In this document: in pieces, positions 14,201 through 25,700 of the stretch
How the letters are laid out: each line of letters opens with the position of its first letter
How positions within the stretch are numbered: the first letter of the stretch is position 1
Assembly: GCA_040954595.2 (NCBI GenBank)
Contig: CM082583.2
Span: 3,481,060-3,545,059, forward strand
DNA length: 64,000 nt
Source of the DNA: Balanoglossus misakiensis
Lineage: Eukaryota; Animalia; Hemichordata
Direction of reading: 5' to 3'
Made by a program: the position numbers and the translations under genes
Notes under the pieces: generated by a model
The model's input: only the letters and a program-made list of their open reading frames with translations
Told to the model about the DNA's origin: nothing
Databases searched by the model: none

Positions 14201-17200
14201 GTGTATAGTTAAGGCGCCTTCCTCACCTTTGCTGATTCTTGGCTCTTCTGTTCTAGAAGGGATGCCTACACTATAGAGTGGCATGTACAGCCAAGACAGA
14301 AAACAGAACAGCTAAAATGATCACCAAAGATAAAGACAGCGCCTAACTCTATATCTGATTTTATTCAGATTAGCTAAGGCTTTAAGTATGTGAACTTTCA
14401 TTACATAAGTCCTTAGAACATAGCCAGTGATGAAAAAGAAAACATACAAGTACATACTAGTACATTGCATAAAAAGACCAGCACCTAACAATTGGATGAT
14501 AGTGATACATGCAGTTCACGCAATTTGCAGAAGCCCCATATTAGTTGGGATTTTGAGATGGAGGTTTACCTTCCTCTGCATTGACCTTTGACCTTTCAGG
14601 TCACAAGGATTCCCAATCCTGATTCTCCCCACCAAAATCAGACATGTAACGGTGTGTACTGAAAGTGTTTAGGGTAAATAATGACGATGTGTGTTTTGTT
14701 ACTATAGCAACTGACTAGCCATGTTGTCATTCTTATTTGCAGATGTACAGACATAACAGATTGGACATGGCTGAAACCAACTTGAAACCAGCAATCCTAC
14801 AAAGTGAGTTTAGGATAGAATGAAATTGTTATTTTTTTTTAAATTGTACTGCATTCTGTCCTTTGACATTTATAATAATATTAATAATAATAGTGAGTTC
14901 TTATATAGCGCATGTATCTTTACAATTAACACCCCTGGTCATTGGACCTAATTTTAACTTCTGGGGAGCAAAACAACTCACATGTGCAGCCGTTATATAT
15001 CAGTGTAGCAGAGTTGAACACAGACATTGCAATCTCTGTCCTACCAGGTACCCATAACTCCTGCGTGGGGAAAAGCAGTTAGATGCAATGTGCCTTGCTC
15101 AAAGACACAACACCACATCCAGACTAGGGCTCGATCCCACAATCCTCAGATCATGGTCCGCTGCTCTAGCCATTGTACATGTACTATGATGTCCTCCAGA
15201 ATAAATGCTGTGAGGGAATATAAATCTGACATTGTCACCTCACCTTGCTTGTCACTCTTACCAGTAATGACAGAAAATATCTTGTGTAATAGTCTTTGGT
15301 GATTTTTCCCATGAGCTAAAGGCTTTTATTTGATCCACAGGTTACAACACTTATTCATCACAACTGGAATCTCTCATACCCCAGTTTGAAAGGTACAAAA
15401 GCAGATTGTCTGTTGTCAGAGAAACCAAAGAAAGACGGAGACAGGGTTTGTTTGATGAAGACGGAGTTCCTGATAAAGATGGGGATCTGTTTTCTGATAC
15501 AAGTAGTATTGGTAGATCTTCTTACAGTCAATATACAGGCAGTCAGTCAAGGATATCAGGGTAGGTTTCACATTGATCTAACCTAGCTTCTTTTTTGTTT
15601 TAGCCTCTATGTTTCGGACTGTCAATCCATATTTTGCACCATAACAATGCTGACTATACTGTAAAACGGGTTATGTTCGCGACAGGAAATGTTCGCGATA
15701 TCAAAAGAGGCAACTGTTTTGCGAGTATTAATTTTCACGTTCTCTTATTTCATTTACTGCATCGCTATCTCCGGAAAAAAATTTACGGGACTTTTTATTT
15801 TCATGCTATTTTGGCTCTCGCGTATTTGGCGAAAATTTATTGGTTGCGAAAATGACATGTTTTACAGTATATACATGTAGGATGAGGTTATAAGCAGGTT
15901 ACTGTGCATTTCTTCATGCTTCAAGGATTTGAACAAGATACTGCAGTAGATACACAAAGCAAAACTACTGAAATCATAGTGAAAACTTACGGCTAATGTC
16001 TATGCAGTGCTTGACTGTCTAAAACATTGAATTCATTCAAATATAGGAGGTCATCCAAGAATCGGCGCAAAACAGAACGAAAGAAGTACAGTTTGAAAGA
16101 AGGAAGTGAATTTGAAGACTTGGCATTGTTAGAAGCTTTGTCTGGGTTAATTCTTAAAGTGGATCATCTCAAATGTAAGTTTAGAAATAAAGTGGGCCAT
16201 CCCAAACAGAAAGGGGTCTTATGGTCATAAGTATCGTGCTCCCATAAGACCCCTTTCTGCTGGGGATGGCCCATTAGTAAAGCAATTTGAGTTTAATATT
16301 TTTTATTGTACAAACTAAAACCAACACTGTACAACTTGAGGCTACATAATTTATTTGACAAAGTGTGAAAAGCATTTGATAAATCTTTGGGTTGCGCATA
16401 GCAACCTGCAATGTGTGACAAGACAAACTGATAGTGTTACAAGGATTATTTTGTCAACTGCAACACTTTTACTTTAGTATTGTGTTCAAGCAACTTGTAG
16501 TGGCACTAGTGTCCTGCTGCCCTTTTAGGTTTCTGTCTTCTAATGCAAGAAGCCAGGGCTCGAGCAACCTAGTCTTTTCGTATGCTATATCATCAATTTG
16601 GCGAAAACAAAATTGTAAGAAAATTCCCAAGTCTGCATTGTCCATTCAATGCACTGAATTTTGTATTTTTAAATGATATAATGAAGGTGTCTTCATGTAC
16701 CCCAGCCAGTAATCTCACTTTAAAACTTTGCATTTGTTTTGTAGCTGATGTTGGGGCATTGATTCGAATTCTTGTGCAGTACAACTATGAACAAGAAGCC
16801 AGTGAATTGCAGACGATGTTGGAAAAAACGATCAAACTTATTGACAGGTCCATCAATGAGATTTGGAAAGCTGAATCAGATTCAGTACAAACTCCAGTGA
16901 GTATCAGAGAGTGTTTATATTCTTTGTGTTTGACACAGTATGTTCTGTATTAAGGAATAACATTCGCTATTTGTTCGTTTATAAAGTTCTTATTTATAAT
17001 GCAGTGTAGGTTTCTGTAATTTGCTGACATCCATCACATCCCAAGCATCAACAAATCATCCTGATCACAGCAGAGCCCTTTTGCAACATATGAACATTTT
17101 CTTCCTTGTAAATAAAATTATCACTAATTCTCCCTACCTGAAATAGATTTTAAGCTACCTAAGTGAGTGATGAAAATCTCATTTGGTCGACACAATTTCA

Positions 17201-17865
17201 AGATGGCCGATTTTTGCCATGTTTAAGAAATGGGAGTTCATAAGCTAAAGTGATGATGGGTTATTCTGAAACTTTTAACAGAAAAAATAACAAAATGTGA
17301 AAAAAAGTTTAATGAGTTTAATATGGTAACTACAAAGACAGACATGTTGGACCAAAGGAAGTCATGAAATACAGTAAATGCAATGTGATTTGACCCCCTA
17401 GCGCAAAGTGAAAATCTATTTAAGGCAGCCAGAATTCAGATATGATTGATGAAGAAGTTTTGTAGAGCCATGGATTATGTTTAGATACACAAGAGATTGA
17501 TTTACTATTGCATTAAGCCTTTCACCACCAAGGATTAGTCAATTGCCATTTTTCTCAATGTGTTCATGTTATCGATTGCCATGGCATTTCTGTTTCCATG
17601 TGTAAAGGCCTAATTTGTATGTCTACAATGTTCTTCTACCCGAACAGTTTAAAACTTTAGGCTATATTTAATACATTCATAATTCCATAATCTCATTTAT
17701 TTGTAGGTGTTGGGTCCCAAGTCTACGGCTAACAGCATAGCTGAGGCTATGATGCAATCGTCCAAGACTACACAAGCAGTCAGTGCAGAAGACATGGCAC
17801 TGAGAATACCTCCAAAGTTTGACAAAGACACTAAATGGAAACTTCACCAACTTCAGCATAATTGA
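695..17865 (+). CDS. ELP1: Elongator complex protein 1 (IKAP), complete, 24 coding exons, ~1327 aa
   Basis: GT-AG exons joined in frame: 695-844, 1385-1537, 3557-3719, 4708-4893, 5456-5546, 5938-6061, 6413-6515, 6798-7028, 7391-7564, 8487-8583, 8856-9032, 9286-9487, 9858-10014, 10644-10912, 11651-11862, 12268-12496, 12690-12908, 13540-13741, 13926-14050, 14743-14803, 15341-15560, 16047-16174, 16745-16896, 17707-17865 (sum 3984 nt). Diagnostic ELP1 motifs: MRNL start, [95 protein letters not shown], and the basic tRNA-binding [20 protein letters not shown]. Confidence 0.97.
874..1179 (+). mobile_element. Palindrome-plus-tail non-autonomous element A (possibly Crypton/tyrosine-recombinase type)
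   Basis: Palindrome 874-1005 centred on CAC-GA-GC-GATA-GC-GA-GTG, followed by a tail bounded by a second inverted repeat ATTATATTATGCCAGTATATT (1011-1031) / AATATACTGGTATAATATAAT (1159-1179). Superfamily assignment is inference. Confidence 0.7.
2156..3444. mobile_element. Non-autonomous DNA transposon with ~260-310 bp terminal inverted repeats and TA flanks
   Basis: Left end TA|CTACGGAATTCTTTTTAC..., right end ...GTAAAAAGAATTCTGTGG|TA. Arms ~2156-2460 and ~3190-3444 are reverse complements (e.g. GCGCAGTTGAAGTACGTGCGTGTTGAGAGAG / CTCTCTCAACACGCACGTACTTCAACTGCGC). No transposase ORF. Confidence 0.85.
4017..4165. mobile_element. MITE with TAG...CTA termini and 10-bp TSD (AcademH-like non-autonomous)
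   Basis: TIR TAGACTCTCTCACA / TGTGAGAGAGTCTA; perfect flanking direct repeat ATACTGGTTG at 4007-4016 and 4166-4175. Confidence 0.85.
5170..5393. repeat. (TATG)n microsatellite
   Basis: About 47 perfect units plus a degenerate 5' edge; source of the MYVC/HTYI ORFs. Confidence 0.98.
5608..5902. mobile_element. Palindromic element family D, copy 1
   Basis: Tail GTCTCTCTCTCTCGCTGCCC...ACAAGACAC, then palindrome 5671-5902 (TATGTTATTCTACATGTGGATATATAGTGAATCAAC... / ...GTTGATTCACTATATATCCACATGTAGAATAACATA). Homologous to 60036-60316. Confidence 0.85.
7579..8021 (+). mobile_element. Palindrome-plus-tail non-autonomous element B (possibly Crypton type)
   Basis: Palindrome 7579-7707 centred on CGCCC-GA-CGC-GTA-GCG-GA-GGGCG; tail bounded by ATTATTATACATCT (7709-7722) / AGATGTATAATAAT (8008-8021). 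Confidence 0.75.
8784..8838 (+). repeat. 55-bp dispersed repeat, second copy at 17382-17436
   Basis: AATGTGATTTGACCCCC(C/T)AGC(A/G)CAAAGTGAAAA...CAGCCAGAATT present in two ELP1 introns. Confidence 0.75.
14183..14372. mobile_element. MITE family E, copy 1
   Basis: TIR CAGTCTGATTAAAAACAG / CTGATTTTATTCAGATT; degraded 9-bp flanks GCTTAGACT / GCTAAGGCT; aligns in reverse complement to 21337-21501. Confidence 0.75.
14872..15181 (-). mobile_element. tRNA-derived SINE
   Basis: On the - strand: A-box-like TGGCTAGAGC, B-box-like GGGATCGAGCCC, then GTGTCTTTGAGCAAGGCAC, ATGGGTACC, and a LINE-like 3' tail GCGCTATATAAGAACTCAC followed by (TAT)n. Confidence 0.75.
15657..15869. mobile_element. MITE with TA-CTGTAAAAC...GTTTTACAG-TA ends (Tc1/mariner-pogo-like)
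   Basis: Terminal inverted repeat TACTGTAAAAC / GTTTTACAGTA, with internal TTCGCG / GCGAAAA subrepeats. Confidence 0.8.
16193..16273. repeat. ~30-bp inverted repeat hairpin (mini-MITE)
   Basis: TGGGCCATCCC..CAGAAAGGGGTCTTATGG / CCATAAGACCCCTTTCTG..GGGATGGCCCA. Confidence 0.8.
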
Positions 17866-18076
17866 TGAAGTGTAAAGCAAAAGTGTGATATTTACTTACA
17901 CCAGCCATTATTATAGTCTCTGCGTTACAAGTTGAGATGTCAGCTTCTGTCAACAAATCATCTACATGTACTATTAAAATGCTGTGATGTCCCCAAAACT
18001 AGTCTCTTCTACCACAAACTTCTCACTAGTCAAACTCTTCTCTCTTATGATGTACACATGCAAGTCAAATACACAG

Positions 18077-18215
18077 AATAAATATGTTTGAATGGAATTC
18101 CAGTCATTCAGGCCAGTAGTAACCACGAGATGGGGCCACTGCTCTACTTGTGAATGAAATTTTTACACCCACACTGCTGCATGCAGTGATCTATGGAAAA
18201 GACGTGTGTAATAAA
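18077..18215 (+). promoter_or_regulatory. Candidate polyadenylation signals of ELP1
   Basis: AATAAA at 18077-18082 and 18210-18215, downstream of the stop codon at 17863-17865. Confidence 0.5.
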
Positions 18216-19312
18216 CTTTTGTTTTTACTGGGTCATGTACATGCATCTGTGAAGTGCAAGTTATATTCTTCCAAATTGGAGGTAGAGAGTTTAGTTACCA
18301 TACTGTTATCCACAATGTAGCCATTTGATGAAATATCATTTCCGAGGTTTTTGTGTGTGCATGGCGCAATTTACTGGTACATCCAGTGCATTTTGATAAT
18401 CGCGTATTCCCATGGACACAAAAGTTATGATGAGCTGACAAACACAATGATTGTACATTCACATAAACACATTTAGATAGACTATAAAATCACGTAAGAT
18501 TAAAACATTCACACGACAATTTCTCACTTCAGAGCATTTTATAATGTATAAAAGTGGACTTTTTGCATTATTTTTTGTTATTTAATTTCCAACTTAGATT
18601 AGTCCAAATAAGCTTACTTATAAATGAAAACTTATCAACGCAATATTAGGGCTGTATGTTGCAATTTGAACATCAATGATATAGTAAACGGCCTCCATAC
18701 AAAAAGTACACAACTATCGTGGTATGTGTCACCAAGTGATGACAGACTGATGCGAATACAAGTTTCTTTGAACATAAGAGTATCAAGAGCTGTAAAAACA
18801 CAAAAATATAACATCAAACATTTGGTGTGACAGCAAATATAGATTCATGAGACATCACGTACAACAAAGCCTATCTCAATTTATATTCTTTTCTGCAACA
18901 GATTCAGAGAGTCTCTTTCGTGGACAATGTGGCCAGATCTTTGATGGATTAATTTTGGACTAGTACTATAGAGGGCGCTATAGCACATACTGCTCAACCA
19001 ATGATGGAGCGAAAACGATATTTTAGTGGCTCTCTTATCTATTTACCATAAATTAGGATATCTTGTGCCTGTAAATGGTAACCAAAATTTTAGTCTAAAA
19101 ATACTGTACACAGTAAAATCATGTGGGGCCTCTACCGGAAGTGTGCACGTGTGTTCTGGGCGTGGTAGGTGCCCTGGCAAACTTTATAGATGACTACACT
19201 ACGCAGATGCAGTGTGTGGTTATCACATTCCATCCATAGCCTTACATGCAGATTGCAAACTGCCCCGCAACCCTCTGCGTTATTCTATCCGTGAAGTAGT
19301 CCATGACAGGTT

Positions 19313-19560
19313 TCATGGAATATGGGAGAAAGAATTAGGGAATTGTACAACTTCAATTGTTGATTTGGGTAGAAAATGACACAAACAGGATAAAATACCT
19401 TTTTTGGGGCTAATCTTATTTACTTCATTTTCAACATAGGATTTCCAAGATAAAGACTCATCAATTGTAACCCCAAGATACAATACAAACGACACTTTCT
19501 CTAAGGAAACACCATCAATGTTCCCATTTAGAGTGATTTTCACTCTTTTGTGGTTCTGCT
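19313..19560 (-). mobile_element. Degenerate non-LTR retrotransposon (CR1/L2-type) reverse-transcriptase C-terminal fragment
   Basis: Translation ITLNG..LEKV..YLGVTIDESLSWKSYVE..VNKIS..GIL..L.HFLP matches the YLG(V/I)xID..L.W..H pattern of CR1/L2 RT C-termini. Confidence 0.8.
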
Positions 19561-20778
19561 TATTAAATGATATTGCCTGATAGTATATCAAGAAATTATT
19601 TATGACAGAATGGCCGAAAAATAAAAGTAGAAAGCAAAGAAAAAAAGGCGACGGTCCGTGTATATTGTATTATTACAGTGAATACTAATCAATGGTTGTG
19701 CAGTGATATGAGCAGTTCGTTTCCAGATAAGACAGTTCTCGCGCCCATCCACCCATTGAACCCGAACGAGACAATTTGCAATTCCTTAACCACAGCAACG
19801 GCGGGGCGTAGAAACTCTTGCACTACGGTGAGTTTGAAGAGTGCGACTGCCTTTCGTCGATTTCAACTTTCAGTAAGGAAAAGCTCGGTTTGTCAGGAAT
19901 CATTAATTTCAATGAAGTTCGGTCACATTTGCTCAAAGCTACATCGGAAACTATTAACTTGTCTTGCTACCCGACTCTTTTGTACAAGTTTTTGAAGAGA
20001 AAGAGAGAGAGAGATGTAACATGAGAGGTATTACAAAGTTAAAATGATGTTTTAAATGTTATACTGTTGATACTGATACGAGTGATATGCGCATGTGCAG
20101 TGAAATATGTGGTATTTGCCAGAGTTGCAATAATTGTCCTTATTTCACTGACTATTTCACTCTCAACCAATATATCCCGAAGTGTCATGAGATTTATCAC
20201 ATTGAAAGAATTTTTAAAAGAACATTCGTATTTTTCAGATATAGAACTGCACAAAACAGCTATGGTTCTTGAAATAATTAAACAGCATGCAAACTACATT
20301 TGATGTTTCCATCCCCTTGTTTTTTTACTGACCGGCATTATATCCATCTGAAAGCATTGTTGAGATGAGCTTGTCTGGAAACTATTCGCGATAGGAATTT
20401 TGCTAGCAGATGCACTTGTAAGTTGTAGGATGGATCCTCCGCATGACTACAGCTACAGTAGATCAACCGTTGACGTGTCTCTGCCCTAGTGATCTTGCTG
20501 TTGGCCAAATGATTTGTAATGTAAGCTAGTTAAGTTGTTATAAATATAGGAGTAACTTATGACATTTGTAAAATTCAGCATCACCGAGAAGTTTACATAT
20601 CGTGTTCTGGATACCACAGTAGTTAGCCGTTGTCAAGCTTGTCGAACTGCGCGTCGTCGTACAAGCTGAAAGAGAGCAGACGACAAGTACACATGTACTG
20701 TACATTTCGGTTGAGGCTGGAAGTAAAAAATACGCGAATATTACAAAGATTTTTTTGTCTTTTTTTCAACATACGACT

Positions 20779-21008
20779 TAGACTAGCCTACTAGTCGCTT
20801 GGTGATTTTTAAATCTCATACTGTTTGCGTTTTCAGTGTTTTTTTTGTCTCTAAGTTAATAAATAATTACAATACTTTTTGCGTGCATGCTTGCCTTGAG
20901 CGTGTTTTTGGTAGTGAGGTGAGTTCCGAATTTGGGACTGAGCTTGTGGTTTCGGGTAGCGTCGCGTTCCCTACACATAATGAAGCCCATAGACTTGGAG
21001 CAAGTCTA
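20779..21008 (+). mobile_element. MITE family F copy 1, TAGACT...AGTCTA termini, perfect 9-bp TSD (AcademH-like)
   Basis: TSD CATACGACT at 20770-20778 and 21009-21017; closely similar copy at 54763-54994. Confidence 0.9.
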
Positions 21009-21336
21009 CATACGACTATCAACTTTTCTGATATTTTTAACAGACTATACAGAGGGCAGCAATGACATGTCGCTGTTTACAACCTCTCCAAGCCACATTT
21101 CTGGTCGAGTGAACAGGAACTTGGGCAATATTATACAAGACACACTCTGCACTATCAATGGATCATATGGACTTATCCTTTGTTTTAGTTGTTAAGTTTT
21201 CATGAACCTACACATCTTACTGGCCTGGGGATCCAAGGTATGTTTATAATATCATGATATGTCCATAAATATTTAAAGAGGGTGCCCTCAACTGTGCAAT
21301 GGTCTGACAATAGATGTACATGTGCCTCTGTTGATC

Positions 21337-21501
21337 CAATCTGAATAAAATCAGATGTAGAGTTTGACTGTTCTGTTCCGTGTCTCTTTCTTGGCTGTTC
21401 TCAGTGTACACGCCACTCTGCAGGGCTCCCGAAAAGAACAGCCAAGAATCAGCAAAGGTGAAGACGGCACCCCAACTCTACATCTGATTTTACTCAGATT
21501 G
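21337..21501. mobile_element. MITE family E, copy 2
   Basis: TIR CAATCTGAATAAAATCAGATGTAGAGTT / AACTCTACATCTGATTTTACTCAGATTG; degraded 9-bp flanks CTGTTGATC / TTGCTGACC. Confidence 0.8.
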
Positions 21502-21919
21502 TTGCTGACCCTGCACTGTGTATTATTTTGCTCACGATTGCTTTTGTTAGTACAAATGTATTCACATAATGGCAAATGGGGCCAGCTTATTTTCAATCTT
21601 TTACACTCAGTCATAAAGCAAATGCGTGAGCATTTTTCAATGGCCCATTTACAGTTATTGTTTGTACCATTTGTAAGTGCAAAATGGCGTATGAATGAAT
21701 GAAATCGGAGTCGTGACTTGCCAATCTGTGGTGCTTTACTCGACAACAATGGAACTTTTTTTACGTTCAAGAAGACGACGCACCACACCCGACTGTAAAC
21801 CCTCAAAGCTAGTCTTAACATATTTCATGTCTATTGATCCTAATCAAGACTGAAGCTGCCTGCCATCGTTTGTAGACTGCATTTAGCAGGCTGCATATGC
21901 AGTAACAGGGAGGAAAATC

Positions 21920-22752
21920 ATGTTCAGCTTCCTGAGGTTATTCCTCATTACTTTGATAAGCCTACATTGTACACTGAATGGTGAGTTGGTGAAATGTGCT
22001 TCTTATTTTTCTGTATTAATTTTCTGGTATATTTACTTCCTGCAGTAAAGCGACAGGTAGATGTGAGTATACACGTAAACTATACTCTTTTCGATAGCAA
22101 TATAGATTTGTAATGTGAATCCTTGGAAAAGTGCACTTTTTCTGAAGCTGTCTTAGCTGTGGGTTTTCGCAGCTCTACTGGTGTCATTTTGTAGTGCGAT
22201 CTTTGCCTCTTTAATTGTTAGATTTTTGTTGTTGACTGTTTTTCATGTCATTTTTTCGACATATGGCGGCAATGAACTGATAGTAGACCCACAGGTAACT
22301 TAACTGTAAAATGATAAGACCTAGTCTGACTGAAAATCCCTACTGACAAATAGTTATTCGCCATAATTTTACGGACAACACGTTTGCATTCAAGTCATGT
22401 AGCACCCAGTCAGCCCTTTTGTATATATCCGCTATTAAATTTTATTTCCACCGGGGGTGCGGTCTCCCAATTCAAATTGCAATCGCAATTTCACCTGAAC
22501 ACTCCATTGACATTTTTGTTTCCGAAAACAATACCGGACCTCCATACCGGGAAATGGGGTGAAAGGGTTAAAGGCAAGGTTCACCTATGCAAATTTAACC
22601 ACTGTTACCATGGAAAACTGAAATAAAGTGAATGAGCCAATATTTTAAAGAACTTTGGGCATTAGTATGTAAATATGGAGTCCCGGACAACGTTTTTTTT
22701 ATAACATGCTGATATTTTTTTTTCATTTCAGGCGTACATTCGCAAACTCCGT
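21920..22752 (+). CDS. Signal peptide exons of the lectin-cadherin gene
   Basis: MFSFLRLFLITLISLHCTLN|G-VHSQTP: a 61-nt exon with G|GTGAGT donor plus a 21-nt micro-exon, in phase with the first C-type lectin exon. Confidence 0.8.
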
Positions 22753-25700
22753 GTAAGTATTGAATTCTGTAAAATGTTGATGATATGAATCTAAAATATT
22801 GATAAATACCATGAATCTGAACAAATGAAGGAAATATGTAAGTTTTCAGCTATTGATGATCTGTGTATTGATACAAGTAAACATCCTATGGTATTAATCA
22901 CATCTGAACTTATGAAAGTGTCATACAGTAAAGTGTCATGTCATTAGATCTCTAAAGAATAAAAAAAATGATTTTCGTCTTTGGTCTTATAAGTGTTACT
23001 TATTCTAATTGGGCGGGCTTCATAATTAACATATTTTACATTATCTGTCACTTTATCAGCATGTTTAGCCGAAGAAGTGGAATTTGGTGGTTCTTGCTAT
23101 TATGTTGAAAGCTATTACACTGTTACCAGGGCAGACTTTGACGAAGCAACAGCTGCCTGTGCTCTACGAGGAGCCTATTTGGTAGCCATTCAAAGTGACG
23201 CTGAGAAAACATTCCTGTCCGATCATCTGGCAACGTTCAATCAGGATGGTACAAATGAAAGATACTGGACATCGGGCAGAGACCAAGAGACGGAAGGAAG
23301 GTGGAGATGGGATTCAGGACATGTCTGGTCATATGATGGGATGTGGAATTCTTTATCCAATGCGCCAAATGATGGTGAAATTTCTGGGTGTGGCATATTT
23401 GCAGAGGAAGGACCGGCTTCGCAGAAGTTCTCACTGGAGGATCTCAACTGCGAGAATAACTCTGGTTACATTTGTGAAAGAGGTGAGCTGATACACAGAA
23501 AGTCATGTGCACAACAACACTTTTGTTGAATGTTATCATGTTCTGCAAGAGCCTCTTAGATTGTATACGTGTACATAATTACCAGGTGACAGAATGTTCA
23601 TCCCTACATATTTTTCATCCCTCCTTTTACACTGGATAACATTTTAAATCACCTAGTACCAAAATATAAACAAGATATTTAATTCATAATAAACACACCA
23701 CTGACATTGTTCCCAAAGAGTTTTTTTGAGATATGTCACAATAATGATGTCACGTGCACATTTTCACTTCATAGGAAACTGGCCAACATGTGATGAACCA
23801 ATACCAATACCAATCCCAGAACATGGTTCCCTGGTGACGACGCCGAGTTATCCTGTAGCCAATGGAGGCTCAGTGACGTACCAATGCGATACCGGCTACC
23901 AACTAGCTGGGGATGCAGTCTTAGAATGTATAGACGCTTCTCCTGACTACCCTGGTGACAAATGGAATTATTCAGTACCTTTACCCAGATGTGTACCGGA
24001 TGGTATGTATGTGGGTTGTGATTATGACCAATGGAAAATCTATAAGTTTGACATTTTCATGTCTAACTGATGATAAACCTAGTTATGATCCTCTATGATT
24101 GTTCCCAACATCCTTAAAAGTCAAATAGCTACATGTATATGTCCAATCACACAGCAGTTGTCTACTGGTACACTGTTGTTAGTTTAAACATACTAGAATA
24201 AAGTGACAAAGTTGCTAAAGTTTACCATTTTTCATTAATATAGTTTGAAACAAGACACTAAATAGTCGATCATGCCCAACCTCCATCTCACTTGTAGGCA
24301 AAAAATGAAAGCATCGGAAAATAAATTAGGGGTGGGTACCTCTAATTCATTTTCTGTTGTTGTTTTTCAGTATCTCTCAACATGTTGAACAACATATTAA
24401 GTAATGTCTTTTTTTCAATCAAAATGTATGAAAAAAAATGGAAAAAGTTAGCGACTTTCCTTTCAAGTCTGGACCATATGATATGCAGGAACTCAGAGAA
24501 AGACATATTGCAGCATAATTTAAAAGTTTTCTTGCTGTATGTTTACCATGACGCCTTGTCATCTTGTTTTGTGCATGTTGCCATACTCAACACAAACCCC
24601 AACTTTCTCCTTTTGCAGTGAGCTGTCCTGATCCAGGTGCATTGTTGGCAAATGTTATCTGGAGCAATCCAATACTACCATTTCCAGCAGAGGTTGGTAC
24701 TACTTTGAATTATGCCTGCGAAGATGGGTTTTCATTGGTTGGTGCTACGGTGTTGGAATGTCTGGCGAGTGGAACATGGGATAACAGTCTTCCCACTTGC
24801 ACAGGTTTGTAGTAATCATACGTTGACTCAACTTCTGTTTAAAACTATACCGGCATAATATGTACCCCGGTATATCTACTTTTGAAGATCGAGGTAACGA
24901 AGCGATGTGAAGTCGAGATCTTGAACTCAATGTCTTTTTCCATCATCTTTACTTCCAGCTTTGGAAAACATTTCCTTCAACAAGACAGCCACACAGAGTA
25001 GTACAGACTATGGTGGTGATGCGTCTCTGGCGATAGATGGTGCAACAAGCGGTGACTTTTCTGATGGCAGCTGTACGCACACAGTGCAACAAGATGACCC
25101 CTGGTGGCAGGTTGACCTTGGCGACTTCTATGATGTCGACACCATTGTCATTGTGAATAGACATGAATTTGGAGGTATAGGCAATTAACACATATGCCCA
25201 CAAGAGATAATCATTAAACCATTGAATGTCTAGGTGTCATTTTATATAACCCTAGAAGTCTGGTACAAATGCAAATGACCAATATAATATGACTATCTAA
25301 AATGTGTCGATTATAGCTGTCTCCAATTTTTCATCAGCTCGTCTGAATGGCGCCAATGTCTATGTAAGCCCTTACCCGAATGGGCCCTATGAATTGTGTG
25401 GAACTGCTACCGCTGATGGTGTTGTAACAATCAACTGTCCATCTGACAATGTTGCCCAATATGTGACCATTCAGCAAGACGGAGTTGATCAGATACTTTC
25501 ACTGTGTGAAGTTCAAGTCTTCGGTACAGGTGAGCATGTTTGTTGTTTGTTTTTGTTTGACAAGAAATCGAGTGGAATCTGCATCACCAAGTCCTCTGAG
25601 TACGTTTTATTGCGATGATTGGAGAATTTGCAATTATAGGATCACTTTAAAGTGTTTCAGGAAAAACTTCTAATGGACACAAGCTTTGTTGAATGTCATT

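Noticed and set aside
15090-15181. tRNA gene (also a short head-like fragment at ~34895-34950)
   Set aside because: A/B boxes are degenerate, no full cloverleaf, and the 15 kb copy continues into a SINE body and tail.
18965-18982. CTCF-like TAGAGGGCGCT between the two genes
   Set aside because: Partial match only, and common in repeat fragments; cannot be supported from sequence alone.
21994-22070. Alternative signal-peptide exon MCFLFFCINFLVYLLPAV (and MNLHILLAWGSK at 21202)
   Set aside because: Donor phases do not match the phase-1 micro-exon at 22732; the ATG at 21920 fits exactly.
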